64,000 nucleotides of DNA. Origin: a virus. The stretch lies in IMG/VR virus record IMGVR_UViG_3300022746_000019, positions 1-64,000 of that record; one strand, given 5' to 3'. The position numbers were made by a program, and so were the translations under genes. A model generated the notes under the pieces. That model did not search any database. It had not been told where the DNA came from and was given only the letters and a program-made list of their open reading frames with translations. Position 1 is the first letter of the stretch; each line of letters opens with the position of its first letter. Shown one piece after another: positions 9,106-17,736 of this stretch.

Positions 9106-9236
9106 TAAGCACTCCTACCCAGATTGAATTCCTCAAGTCTGGTGCTAAGTTTAGTGCCTAAAGCAGTGCCTACGGGCACTGAAGGCCCGGCGGATGACTG
9201 TAAATCTACTCCGCCCATTGCGCGAATGGTGGACAT
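9105..9236 (-). CDS. hypothetical protein (43 aa)
   Basis: hand translation; exactly fills the gap, with TAATG coupling. Confidence 0.45.
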   Translation of the reverse strand: MSTIRAMGGVDLQSSAGPSVPVGTALGTKLSTRLEEFNLGRSA

Positions 9237-9725
9237 TTACGCGGTCTTTTCAATGGGGGCGGCAAACTTATGGGAGACTTCGTCAGCCGTCGGGAATCGA
9301 GACTCTCCGTCCCAATGGTAATCAGTAGCGCCTATGAGATGCACGGGAGAACCCGGTCTAATGGAGACTTCGCTCTCTCCCGACTCCTTAGTGTGGATTC
9401 CCTTTTGCGGTCGCTCCAGATTCCACTTGTTAACCTCTTCCCGGCTCATAACATGGTCGGGGTGCACAAATCCGTGAAGAACGGTGGACTTAATGTTGGA
9501 TCCGTTGTCTGGGTCAATAGTGCGATGCCTGCTGTCAAAGCTTCCCATATTTGCGAAGGTTTCAGCCACATCGCGAGAAGAACTCCAATGTGAACCGACA
9601 CGTCTTGCGGAATTAACCACATCTTCGTGAGAAACATCCCTGACGCCACGATAGACAGGCACATATCCATCGAATCGCGACCTACGCGGCATCGGTAGGT
9701 TTTGCCACTGTTTACCTTGTTCCAT
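9237..9725 (-). CDS. ADP-ribosyltransferase-like protein
   Basis: R-S-E layout: VYRG, HWSS..VAETFA, GESEV. Confidence 0.6.
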   Translation of the reverse strand: MEQGKQWQNLPMPRRSRFDGYVPVYRGVRDVSHEDVVNSARRVGSHWSSSRDVAETFANMGSFDSRHRTIDPDNGSNIKSTVLHGFVHPDHVMSREEVNKWNLERPQKGIHTKESGESEVSIRPGSPVHLIGATDYHWDGESRFPTADEVSHKFAAPIEKTA

Positions 9726-9736
9726 AAAACAAACCT

Positions 9737-10636
9737 TTAATCAAAGAGTGTAGGTTGATGCTGCAAGGCTTCCGTGTGGTCCTCGCCAACGCGGACCCGT
9801 CCAGTACGGGCAGCGTCGTAACCTTCGAGCCATTGACGACCCATGGTTCCGGTAAACCCGCGCCCATCTGACGCAAATTTGCCGGCCTCAAATTCGGCCT
9901 CGTTTTTGTCACCCTCAAGATTTTTACGCCAAATCTCGTGGTAAGCGGACGGTGTAACACTGGCTGGAACTCGCGGGTCCTGACCAAACCTAGTTGCTGC
10001 AACATGATCTGCTAAGCCCTCGGCTACACCTTTTCCGAGCGGGCTTCTATCAATCGTTCCCCCTCTGTTTAAGATTTCGCCTCGGTCGATAGCGTGCCCA
10101 GTTTCATGAGTAAACATGCGACCCAAGAAGTTGGTCGGGTGAGTGTGCGACAACCCTCTATCCATGTAATCACCTACATGGATACCTCTGTAGGGTCCAA
10201 TAGTTCTATAGAACGCTGAATTACCCTGAATTCCAGGCTCGTTAGTCCGGATGTCAGTAAGCCTTGCGTTAGCAAGTCTATCCGCTGGAATAGAGGATCT
10301 AGCGAGCGTCTGGATGATGGTGGCACGCTCCCTGCCAAGTTTGTTCTTTTGCTCTCCAGTTAGATTGGCATCGCCGGGACTAATGCCGTCGGTATGAACG
10401 CGAGTATCCTTCAGTGCTTCGGAGACTATCCGCTGTCGCCGGGGGGTAAAACCCTTGGGATAGCGCTGCTTGTCCGTCAAGAACTGCCGCGGCTTGATGT
10501 TCAGTTCTTGGGGGGTAAACAACCAGCCCTGGTCCATGTCCTCACCAGCAGCTTCCATGGCCTTACGAAGACCAGAGCCTTTTCCAGAGGTAGGCAGATT
10601 CCGCGGTACGAAGGTTTCTCGTTCTTTACCAGCCAC
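9737..10636 (-). CDS. zincin-like metalloprotease-domain protein
   Basis: THETGHAID (HExxH) with downstream AEGLAD. Confidence 0.65.
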   Translation of the reverse strand: MAGKERETFVPRNLPTSGKGSGLRKAMEAAGEDMDQGWLFTPQELNIKPRQFLTDKQRYPKGFTPRRQRIVSEALKDTRVHTDGISPGDANLTGEQKNKLGRERATIIQTLARSSIPADRLANARLTDIRTNEPGIQGNSAFYRTIGPYRGIHVGDYMDRGLSHTHPTNFLGRMFTHETGHAIDRGEILNRGGTIDRSPLGKGVAEGLADHVAATRFGQDPRVPASVTPSAYHEIWRKNLEGDKNEAEFEAGKFASDGRGFTGTMGRQWLEGYDAARTGRVRVGEDHTEALQHQPTLFD

Positions 10637-10648
10637 GCAATGCTCCTA

Positions 10649-10819
10649 TTAGAACGGGGTTTCGGTTGAAGTTGTTGGAACAGCACTCCATGTGCTTCCC
10701 ACAGTCTTTTGGGTGTTCTTCGGCTTTACCAATTTGGTAGCCCAGTCCATCGCACGAATCCTCAACGGAACTTGGCGGGGTTGTTCAATTAGCCACATAT
10801 GTAATCCATAGCCTTTCAT
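10649..10819 (-). CDS. hypothetical protein (about 50-56 aa)
   Basis: hand translation MKGYGLHMWLIEQPRQ...; start uncertain. Confidence 0.4.
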   Translation of the reverse strand: MKGYGLHMWLIEQPRQVPLRIRAMDWATKLVKPKNTQKTVGSTWSAVPTTSTETPF

Positions 10820-10884
10820 TTTGTATTAGTGACACTATAGTACCCCTGCTTTTCACACGGACACATCAGTACTGATGGTGGATG

Positions 10885-11784
10885 TTATGAGAGCGTGTCC
10901 ATATTTGGCATATTAGTGGTTTCACCATGTTTACTAACATACCTTTGTTGCGCGTCGTTCATCTTCCTAAGGTCCTCTTCCTCACTAGCGGAGGTCGGGG
11001 TCAATCCAGAAGAAAGTACCTCTCCATCAAGCCACTGACCTTTGTGCGATAGGTAGGGGGAGCTTTCAAACAAAGACGGCTGGTACATTCTAGTGGAGTG
11101 AGTTGTGGGTATGCCTTGCCTCCTTAGTTGGTTGGCACGTAGCTCTCGCTGGGCGTACATAACGGCTTTGTACTCCGGGTCATCATGTCCAACATGGGAT
11201 ACAACATCCGCGCTCTCTATGTTGTGAGGTTTAAGAGTGCCACCAGGTATTTGAACTTCCCTGTACCTAACTACCGTATCTGGTGAACTGTCGTCGCCAA
11301 GACTTTCTGTTCTCGGTACATAGTGACCAGTAGAAGTGTGCTGCGGACCAAGAGGCTCTGGTACAGGGTTCGGGCTGTGGGCGTCTCTAAGCATAAAGAC
11401 GCTATCTGCTGGTGTGGTGGTTGCCCCTCGCAATGCCGACGGTCGGACATTTAGGTTGACATTTCCATACTGACCTATCGGACTAGGAACATTATTGGGC
11501 CTCAAGTAACCGTACACATGCCGGTTATTCGTACCTTCATAGGTAGGAGTACCAAACATGAAATGCTCAGTCTCTCTTCTAGCGTCGCCTTTATCATTAT
11601 GTTCTAACTCTGGAGTATAGCCATGCCGAAGAATACCTGGGACATGCCTAGAGTCAGTGCTAATTGATACGGTGTGGCCAGCCGGTAGTTCCCTTGACCT
11701 GCGCGGCATTGGCAAATTTTGCCATTGTCTGCCGTGCATGGCAGTAGGCGTGTACCCTGGAAATAGTGTCGGTTCCTCAGACAT
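10885..11784 (-). CDS. DUF3626-like (putative ART-fold) protein
   Basis: VYGYL...QYG...TTTPADS...YREVQIPGG..NIE motif series. Confidence 0.55.
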   Translation of the reverse strand: MSEEPTLFPGYTPTAMHGRQWQNLPMPRRSRELPAGHTVSISTDSRHVPGILRHGYTPELEHNDKGDARRETEHFMFGTPTYEGTNNRHVYGYLRPNNVPSPIGQYGNVNLNVRPSALRGATTTPADSVFMLRDAHSPNPVPEPLGPQHTSTGHYVPRTESLGDDSSPDTVVRYREVQIPGGTLKPHNIESADVVSHVGHDDPEYKAVMYAQRELRANQLRRQGIPTTHSTRMYQPSLFESSPYLSHKGQWLDGEVLSSGLTPTSASEEEDLRKMNDAQQRYVSKHGETTNMPNMDTLS

Positions 11785-12002
11785 TACTGATTCACTCTCT
11801 TTCCGCGCACAGCAGCATCAGTGGCGTTGGGGGACATTCCATACCTACCGTACGATGGGCGTGGTCCAGAGAACATGCCGTTGTTCTGATTACGGGTGTC
11901 TGGATTGACAAGATTAGGGAATTGCTTCGACCGACCGAATACAGTAGGTACACCTAATTCGCCGAAGGCTCGATCTACCTTGTTGTTGGGAACTTTTGCC
12001 AT
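11784..12002 (-). CDS. hypothetical protein
   Basis: TGATG/TAATG coupling on both sides. Confidence 0.6.
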   Translation of the reverse strand: MAKVPNNKVDRAFGELGVPTVFGRSKQFPNLVNPDTRNQNNGMFSGPRPSYGRYGMSPNATDAAVRGKRVNQ

Positions 12003-12610
12003 CAGCGGGCTCCTTGGGGTGGGAAGTAGCCCCATTCTCGGATGGAGTCACCGGGGGTGCGGATATGACTTGCGGGGACAGTCTTTGACAGGATGCGGTG
12101 GCCTCCATTGATTCCCTGTCCGTGACCCTCTGCGTAGGCTCTGTCAATGGCAACCCAGTCACCTAGATTGATTGTATTAATCTTATGAGGCGGGTTGGCC
12201 GCAATGTGCTGTTGCAGTTCGGGAATCAAGTTAGACGCGTGCTTGTGGAAGTGTGCTTCCTCGCCCCGCCAGTGGTCGTAATCAGGGTGGGCGGGCAACT
12301 TACCTTTGGTGTTGAGGCTGTTCAAGCCCTTTTGAAGGTAGTCCACGTCCCTCTGCATATGGGCAGTCTCACCGGCTACTTTGGGCACCGCACGGTAAAT
12401 CGTAATCGGGCGATCTGGTTGTCCGCGGTAGGAAATTGCCAGACGGTGGGTCGGCATATCCTGAGCTTGGGAGTAGTAATGGGGGTGGGTGTAGACGTCG
12501 GCTGGGTACACCTGAGTCAGATCATGCAGAGGTGCACCGTCGGCTCCTGGACGATGACTCATCCTGTAGCCACTGAACTGGGCACCTTGATCAATAGGCA
12601 TCTTTACCAA
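12002..12610 (-). CDS. ART-like domain protein of the type found in MuF/polyvalent proteins
   Basis: ITIYRAVP...INLGDWV..YAEGHG...ILSKTVPA...GDSIREWGY. Confidence 0.55.
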   Translation of the reverse strand: MVKMPIDQGAQFSGYRMSHRPGADGAPLHDLTQVYPADVYTHPHYYSQAQDMPTHRLAISYRGQPDRPITIYRAVPKVAGETAHMQRDVDYLQKGLNSLNTKGKLPAHPDYDHWRGEEAHFHKHASNLIPELQQHIAANPPHKINTINLGDWVAIDRAYAEGHGQGINGGHRILSKTVPASHIRTPGDSIREWGYFPPQGAR

Positions 12611-12637
12611 CCAACCGCGCTGAACACACCAGAGGTG

Positions 12638-12904
12638 TTACTTGTTACGCGAATCCATTGATTTGCCGATGGCCTTACCAACGCTGGAGCCAAGATTGCG
12701 GTTGTTGCCTTTTATCTTGGCAAAGGGAGAGGGGTCGCCCGGGCCGAAAGCCCTTGCACTCATCTTTCCGTTTTTATCGAACGACGCCCAGGCATCAACA
12801 TTGCCGCTGGTCTGTCGTTGAAGGTTTCCGCCAATCTTGTTAATCTTGGCTGCAGCCTTCTTTGCGCCTGCAGTGGGCTTACCGCCAACATTCTTCTTGG
12901 TCAT
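12638..12904 (-). CDS. basic hypothetical protein
   Basis: TAATG-coupled start MTKKNVGG. Confidence 0.6.
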   Translation of the reverse strand: MTKKNVGGKPTAGAKKAAAKINKIGGNLQRQTSGNVDAWASFDKNGKMSARAFGPGDPSPFAKIKGNNRNLGSSVGKAIGKSMDSRNK

Positions 12905-13134
12905 TACTCGTATACCTTTCCTGATCCGCCGCAGTTCTTGCAAGCGGGTCCGTAATAGCCTGATCCCATAATTGTTTTGGAATCCATGGCAGCTTTAGCG
13001 AAATGCTTTTCCGACTTCTTGTCGCCGGCAATAAATTCTTTGGGCTTGGTGGTTCCGGCACCTGAGCAGGTGGGGCAAGGTGCGTGAGTGCCGTCAGCAC
13101 TCCACAGGCCGTCAGCAAATTCTTTTGAACTCAT
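12904..13134 (-). CDS. DnaJ-type Zn-finger small protein
   Basis: CPTCSGAG and CKNCGGSG (CxxCxGxG x2). Confidence 0.7.
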   Translation of the reverse strand: MSSKEFADGLWSADGTHAPCPTCSGAGTTKPKEFIAGDKKSEKHFAKAAMDSKTIMGSGYYGPACKNCGGSGKVYE

Positions 13135-13523
13135 TTGTTGAACTGCCTTGCCTGTCCAAGGGCACGAGAAGCGTTCGAAGCAAGGTTAGGGTTGGACTTA
13201 CCCCACGACACCCACTGCTGGTGGGTAGCCCCAGAAGGGCTTCCACCGCCGGGACGCTGTTTCTGCCATTCGCGAACCGCGGCAGCTCGTTCTGGGCTGT
13301 TCCAAGCGGTCTGTTCCTTGGCGATCTCACCCGACCGCACAGCGTTCATAGTCGCACTAGCGCGAGTAGCTCGTCCGGGTGCAGCCTTGCCGTGTTCGCG
13401 AAACGACGGAGTACGTTCGCCAGCCCAGTGGTTTGAGTGCTGGGTCTCTACCCAACCTTCGACTTCCTCGCGTGACGGACGCTGCAGGGGTGGGTTCTTG
13501 GCTTTAGCCGACTTTTTTGCCAT
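13131..13523 (-). CDS. hypothetical protein
   Basis: ATGA overlap with the next gene. Confidence 0.6.
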   Translation of the reverse strand: MAKKSAKAKNPPLQRPSREEVEGWVETQHSNHWAGERTPSFREHGKAAPGRATRASATMNAVRSGEIAKEQTAWNSPERAAAVREWQKQRPGGGSPSGATHQQWVSWGKSNPNLASNASRALGQARQFNK

Positions 13524-13561
13524 GAGTCAATTATTCACGCAGCAGAGGAAATTGTCTGCGC

Positions 13562-13705
13562 TTACTTGGCTTTTGGCTTTGGCGAAGTCTTTTTAGCCGA
13601 GTTACTTTTCGCAACCGGAGGCTTGATCACAGGGCCGATGGACTTGTAGGTGAAAGACTGCTTACCGGGCTTGTAGGCACCGACGATGTCTTTATCATTT
13701 TTCAT
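13562..13705 (-). CDS. Lys-rich small protein (47 aa)
   Basis: hand translation MKNDKDIVG...; GAGGAG RBS, ATGA overlap. Confidence 0.55.
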   Translation of the reverse strand: MKNDKDIVGAYKPGKQSFTYKSIGPVIKPPVAKSNSAKKTSPKPKAK

Positions 13706-13923
13706 GCTGTCTCCTCAAGGTCTGGCAGGGTATTCATTTTGAAACGATCTTTTGATGCTAGAACCGGAATTCCGCAGTAGAAGCATGCCCGGTGTTCCAT
13801 GCTGGGGTAGCCGCACCACCCACACTTCACAAGACCGCTAGTCTTCGTGTCCATCTCCTCAGTAACAGGGAGCTCAATCAGCGATGTCGCAGTAGCGTCG
13901 TATTTTTTCTTAAACGGCCACAT
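13702..13923 (-). CDS. Zn-ribbon protein
   Basis: GGAGG RBS, MWPFKKK start, CGWC...CFYC. Confidence 0.6.
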   Translation of the reverse strand: MWPFKKKYDATATSLIELPVTEEMDTKTSGLVKCGWCGYPSMEHRACFYCGIPVLASKDRFKMNTLPDLEETA

Positions 13924-14030
13924 GGGCTGTGGTCCTCCTAGTGATTCGCGAATACCCAATTATAGCCTCGTTAGGCTACTGCCTGCACCTATTAACTAAC
14001 ACTGGCGCCTGTGCCCTGGACCCCATCTAT

Positions 14031-14046
14031 TCGAACAAACGTTCTA
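14031..14046. promoter_or_regulatory. LexA (SOS) box, Gram-positive/actinobacterial type
   Basis: TCGAAC-AAAC-GTTCTA, one mismatch to TCGAAC-N4-GTTCGA, in the divergent intergenic region. Confidence 0.55.
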
Positions 14047-14065
14047 AGGGTGGGGGGGTGTAGCC

Positions 14066-14104
14066 GTAACCGAATCGTTACCATGTCCGTTACCGAACCG
14101 TTAC
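14066..14104 (+). promoter_or_regulatory. two tandem GTWAC-N6-GTTAC boxes at the head of the cassette array
   Basis: GTAAC-cgaatc-GTTAC and GTTAC-cgaacc-GTTAC; the same box recurs before every cassette. Confidence 0.75.
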
Positions 14105-14211
14105 AAATCCAGGTGGCAGAGTGACAGCCCCGCATGGCATGGTTCTCCATGTGAAGGCAACCACGCCGACACCCCGCCCAATGGGGCGGTGACCTATCAA
14201 GGGGAGTAGCA

Positions 14212-14496
14212 ATGGCTACACGCACTATCAAGCGCGGCGATGTCCGCGCATTCGTCGAGGCGACCCGCGGTCGTTTCGTTGGAGTGACATTCCGCAAGCG
14301 CACCACGGGAGAAGTCGTCTCCATGGGATTCACGACTAATCGTCAGTCCTACCTAGTCGGCGGCGACCCCGCCTACAACGCCGCCGAACGCGGCTTGGTC
14401 GTGGTCGTCAAGCCCCGCAAGGGATTCCGCTCATTCGGTATCGAGAATGTCATCGAATTCCGTTTCGGTGGCGACACTATCGTGGTGGAGGACTAG
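14212..14496 (+). CDS. SH3/WYL-like beta-barrel protein (cassette 1)
   Basis: AGGGGAG RBS; VTFRKRTTGEV...GFRSFGIENV pattern. Confidence 0.7.
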   Translation: MATRTIKRGDVRAFVEATRGRFVGVTFRKRTTGEVVSMGFTTNRQSYLVGGDPAYNAAERGLVVVVKPRKGFRSFGIENVIEFRFGGDTIVVED

Positions 14497-14498
14497 TC

Positions 14499-14705
14499 AT
14501 GTCACACGCGACCACGAACCCCGCTAACTACAATTGCTCAACCGACTTTGAGGCGTTCGACCATAGCGACGAGTGCGACTTCGAAGGTCCGGTGGACGGA
14601 GTCGAGGTGGGCAACCTCACTCCCGACGGATACCGTTCCGCAGGCTACACGCAACACTTTGTCTGCCCAAAGTGCAACGCTGAAGTTGAGCGCGAGCGCT
14701 ACTAA
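14499..14705 (+). CDS. Zn-ribbon-like protein (cassette 1)
   Basis: GGAGG RBS; C..ECDF...CPKC. Confidence 0.7.
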   Translation: MSHATTNPANYNCSTDFEAFDHSDECDFEGPVDGVEVGNLTPDGYRSAGYTQHFVCPKCNAEVERERY

Positions 14706-14754
14706 CAACCACGGAGGGGGGCGCAAGCCCCCCTCCCCTACCGAAGGGGCAAGC

Positions 14755-14970
14755 ATGATTCCCAAGACTGAACAAGCGGTCTATGTAGTACTCCGACTCT
14801 CAAGCCTGTTCTTTGGCGGTTGGTGTTTCTACTTTGTAGTCCAGAGCCTGAACACCACCGGACCTACGCATGAGCGGGCGGTGGCATGGGCGGTCGCGAT
14901 GCTGTTCATCACGACAACCTACGAACTAATCCGGTTTGTCGCCCTGGTTCTGAACGGCAGACTCCGATAG
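14755..14970 (+). CDS. small membrane protein (cassette 1)
   Basis: GAAGGGG RBS; two hydrophobic helices. Confidence 0.65.
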   Translation: MIPKTEQAVYVVLRLSSLFFGGWCFYFVVQSLNTTGPTHERAVAWAVAMLFITTTYELIRFVALVLNGRLR

Positions 14971-15008
14971 CGAGGGGGCGGGGCGCGAGCCCCGCCTCAC
15001 CGCGGGAT

Positions 15009-15069
15009 TGTTTGTGTTGGCTCCCACCCTCCCAGAGCCTAACCTTAAAAGGGATAGTAGTAGAGAGAG
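15009..15069 (+). repeat. cassette-boundary element copy 1
   Basis: TGTTTGTGTT-GGCTC[CCACCCTCCCA]GAGCC-CCTTAAAAGG-GAGAGAG. Confidence 0.9.
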
Positions 15070-15193
15070 TCGTTACCAAATCGTTACAGATCACCCGTTA
15101 TCGAATCGTTACAAAACCAGGTGGCGCGGCGGCACGGAGTACGGCATAGTACTCCATGTGAACGGGAAATACCCGACACGGAAGGGGAACATC

Positions 15194-15424
15194 ATGTCTC
15201 GACCATTGAGTGCAATCGCTCAAGAAATTGAATCGGTATGGGCTAAGCCGTATTTCGGCGCGGTACCGTATCTGCGCGCTATGCGTTCACTGTCGTCAAT
15301 CACCGATAGTTTCTTCGATGACACCGCCGAAGGCGTCGTTATCTACTTTCTCGCTAACGCCGCCACATGGCGCGGCGAGGACGCCCGCCGCATCAAGGCA
15401 GAATTGCGGGGGATGTTGAAGTGA
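15194..15424 (+). CDS. conserved phage early protein (cassette 2)
   Basis: GAAGGGGAAC RBS; RPLS.IA.EI...AVPYL.AM..YFLANA.TWRG.DARRIKAEL, a recurring phage family of unknown function. Confidence 0.8.
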   Translation: MSRPLSAIAQEIESVWAKPYFGAVPYLRAMRSLSSITDSFFDDTAEGVVIYFLANAATWRGEDARRIKAELRGMLK

Positions 15425-15531
15425 CCGTTATCTTCTCCGCCCCCACATGCGCAGAGTGCAAGCGCGTGTTTGATCTGACCGATGAGACCGATTCGCACGA
15501 GTGGTATTTCGGACACGACTGCGAAGTGTGA
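15421..15531 (+). CDS. 36-aa Zn-binding protein (cassette 2)
   Basis: GTGA overlap; CAECKRVFDL...EWYFGHDCEV. Confidence 0.65.
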   Translation: MTVIFSAPTCAECKRVFDLTDETDSHEWYFGHDCEV

Positions 15532-15594
15532 GACCCCCGGCGGCCTGAGACCCCCGCTCAGGCCGCCGGCCCTGCGCCTGGCGGGATCCGGCGT

Positions 15595-15656
15595 TGTTTG
15601 TGTTGGACAGCCCTCCCACCCTGTCTCAACCCTAAAGGGATTAGGGAGGGAGAGAG
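15595..15656 (+). repeat. cassette-boundary element copy 2
   Basis: TGTTTGTGTT-GGACAG[CCCTCCCACC]CTGTCT-CCCTAAAGGG-GAGAGAG. Confidence 0.9.
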
Positions 15657-15759
15657 CTGCCGTTATCAAATCGTTATAAATCCAGGTGGCTGCTAGCCGT
15701 GGACTATGGCAGGGTTCTCCATGTGAGCGAGAAACTCTCGCCACGGAAGGGGAACTATC

Positions 15760-16176
15760 ATGGCCGCTGTGAAACTCAACGTTTCGTCAGCCATTGCGCT
15801 AATTGAAGCGCGCTTGTTGGAGGCAGACTTGCATGAGTCTGAAGAAGCCCGAATTAACGCGGAATACGAGAACGCTATCCGCGAATGGGACTTGCGTTGC
15901 GCCAGTCTGATTCGGAATGGCATCTCTGCCGAACTCGTCTCTGCCAAGACAACTATGTCTGGAACAGTTGTTGTCACGTTTGAGCTGGACGGGTACGCTG
16001 TCCCGCCCATGCCAATCAAGGCGGGGAACCCATACCGAAGCCTTGGCAAGGAGTACCGTCGCGGGCAGTACGTGGACGGGCGTGAAGAACTTCAGTTCGC
16101 TCTCAAACTGCTCCGCGCATCAGTTGGGGATACGGTAACCCTCTCCGCCCTCAACGGAGTCAAGAACTATCTCTGA
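15760..16176 (+). CDS. hypothetical protein (cassette 3)
   Basis: GAAGGGGAAC RBS; followed by a GAAA-loop hairpin. Confidence 0.8.
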   Translation: MAAVKLNVSSAIALIEARLLEADLHESEEARINAEYENAIREWDLRCASLIRNGISAELVSAKTTMSGTVVVTFELDGYAVPPMPIKAGNPYRSLGKEYRRGQYVDGREELQFALKLLRASVGDTVTLSALNGVKNYL

Positions 16177-16234
16177 GTAACTCCCTGGGGAGGCGCGAAA
16201 GCGCCTCCCTTCGGGGCGGACCGGCCGGCCGAAA

Positions 16235-16293
16235 TGTTTGTGTTGAGTCCCGCCCTCCCAGACTCTAACCCTAAAGGGATAGGAGGAGAGAGA
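16235..16293 (+). repeat. cassette-boundary element copy 3
   Basis: TGTTTGTGTT-GAGTC[CCGCCCTCCCA]GACTC-CCCTAAAGGG-GAGAGAG. Confidence 0.9.
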
Positions 16294-16462
16294 TCCGTTA
16301 CCAACTTGTTATAAATACCCGTTGCGCCTGGCCAGGGCGATCTGGTATGCCGCCTGCCTGAGCTGTCGTTATCAAACTGTAATAAATACTAGGTGCGGAT
16401 GTCATCCCTATGCCCTAAGTTTCTCCATGTGAGCAACTCCGCTCACCAAGAAAGGGGACGCC

Positions 16463-16789
16463 ATGAGCGTTTATGTGACAGGACCGCAGATGCTGGTTCA
16501 GTCCGAATTGGTCGCTTCGGGAGAAGCCGCCGTGGTATGCATGGAGGAACAGGCTCTTCGCGAGGTGGTTGACCTTCGCGATGAGTCCACATGGAGCCAA
16601 TACCGCGAGATTGTGTTTGTAATCCGCGATTCTGGCACCATTGAGGAATCGAAGGAAACGCTGCAAGAAGTCTTTGCGCGTTACCCTTACGCGCTGGACG
16701 CAATCGTCGTTCAGGGCAATTCGTGGCTCTCGGCAATTTGCGAGGACACCGATTGCTGCCCGCCCGAGGGTAAGCCCGTCCACAACTAA
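16463..16789 (+). CDS. hypothetical protein (cassette 4), DUF4192-like C-terminus
   Basis: AAAGGGGA RBS; ends WLSAICEDTDCCPPEG. Confidence 0.75.
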   Translation: MSVYVTGPQMLVQSELVASGEAAVVCMEEQALREVVDLRDESTWSQYREIVFVIRDSGTIEESKETLQEVFARYPYALDAIVVQGNSWLSAICEDTDCCPPEGKPVHN

Positions 16790-16796
16790 ACAGAGA

Positions 16797-16832
16797 AGCC
16801 GCCCGTCCCGCGAGGGGCGGGCGGTCTTTTTT
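16797..16832 (+). terminator. intrinsic terminator
   Basis: GCCGCCCGTCCC-GCGA-GGGGCGGGCGGT-CTTTTTT. Confidence 0.85.
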
Positions 16833-16907
16833 ATGCGCCCAAGCCCCCGGTGGCCTAGGGATCCGGATCTGCCCAGCTGCCTGGGCGGGCCGGCCAGCCA
16901 GCAGAAT

Positions 16908-16966
16908 TGTTTGTGTTGAGCACCCACCCTCCCAGTGCTCTTATATAGGGGTTGGGGGGAGAGAGA
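16908..16966 (+). repeat. cassette-boundary element copy 4
   Basis: TGTTTGTGTT-GAGCAC[CCACCCTCCCA]GTGCTC-...-GAGAGAG. Confidence 0.9.
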
Positions 16967-17151
16967 TCGATCATCGTTATCGAATTGTTATAAAAGAGAC
17001 TTGAACCGGCCAGGGCCGTGTGGTATGTCGCGTGCCTGAGCTTTCGTTACCAAACCGTTATAAAAACCCCATGCAAAGTGGCGGGTGAGTGTGGAATAGT
17101 TCACCTCGTGAGCAACACCGCTCACCTCAAACTCCGAAGGGGAGTGACGCC

Positions 17152-17550
17152 ATGAGTATGTATGGCGACCCGAATCAGGCGGGTACACCTGACAACACCG
17201 AGTGCTATCGGTGCGGCTTGCTCGATAAAGAGGTCGCGTACCTCAAGGGCACGATTCAGAATCTGCGTGCCACGCTCGCAGAGATTGGCGAAGCCCTTTG
17301 GGACCAAGCCAAAGAAGACATTGACAACGGCGAACCCGTTGCCACCTTCTCATTCGACGACATCCGCGAATTGGCGCAGCAGTGCGGCGTTTCGACTAAT
17401 GTCTCGTTCGTACTCACTGCCTCATTCGAAGCCCGCCTCACGGCTCCGTATGGCACCACGGCAGAAGAGGTCCTCAACGGTCTGAGCATCGACTCTGACT
17501 TTGACCTCGACGACTACGGCTTCGAGAGCGAAGAACTCGAGCCTCGCTAG
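17152..17550 (+). CDS. hypothetical protein (cassette 5), paralog of 18562-18960
   Basis: 132 aa; YGDPNQAG.P...CxxC, coiled coil, ASFEA.L.APYGT. Confidence 0.8.
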   Translation: MSMYGDPNQAGTPDNTECYRCGLLDKEVAYLKGTIQNLRATLAEIGEALWDQAKEDIDNGEPVATFSFDDIRELAQQCGVSTNVSFVLTASFEARLTAPYGTTAEEVLNGLSIDSDFDLDDYGFESEELEPR

Positions 17551-17587
17551 CCGACCGGAGGGGGGCGAAAGCCCCCCTCCCCCACAC

Positions 17588-17704
17588 TTCCCGCCCCGCC
17601 CTCTCTCCCCCGTAGGGCGGGGCGGGAAACACTCCAAGGGGATGCCGGAGTGACCTGGCCCACATAAGCCGCTTGGCGGGGTACTTCCCCTTCCCCCGCC
17701 AAGC
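17588..17704 (+). ncRNA. candidate C-rich-loop twin-hairpin RNA A
   Basis: 15-bp stem with loop CTCTCCCCCGT; 11-bp stem with loop TACTTCCCCTTC. Confidence 0.45.
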
Positions 17705-17736
17705 CCGCCTGGAGCTCCGGATCCGGCGGCCGGGAA

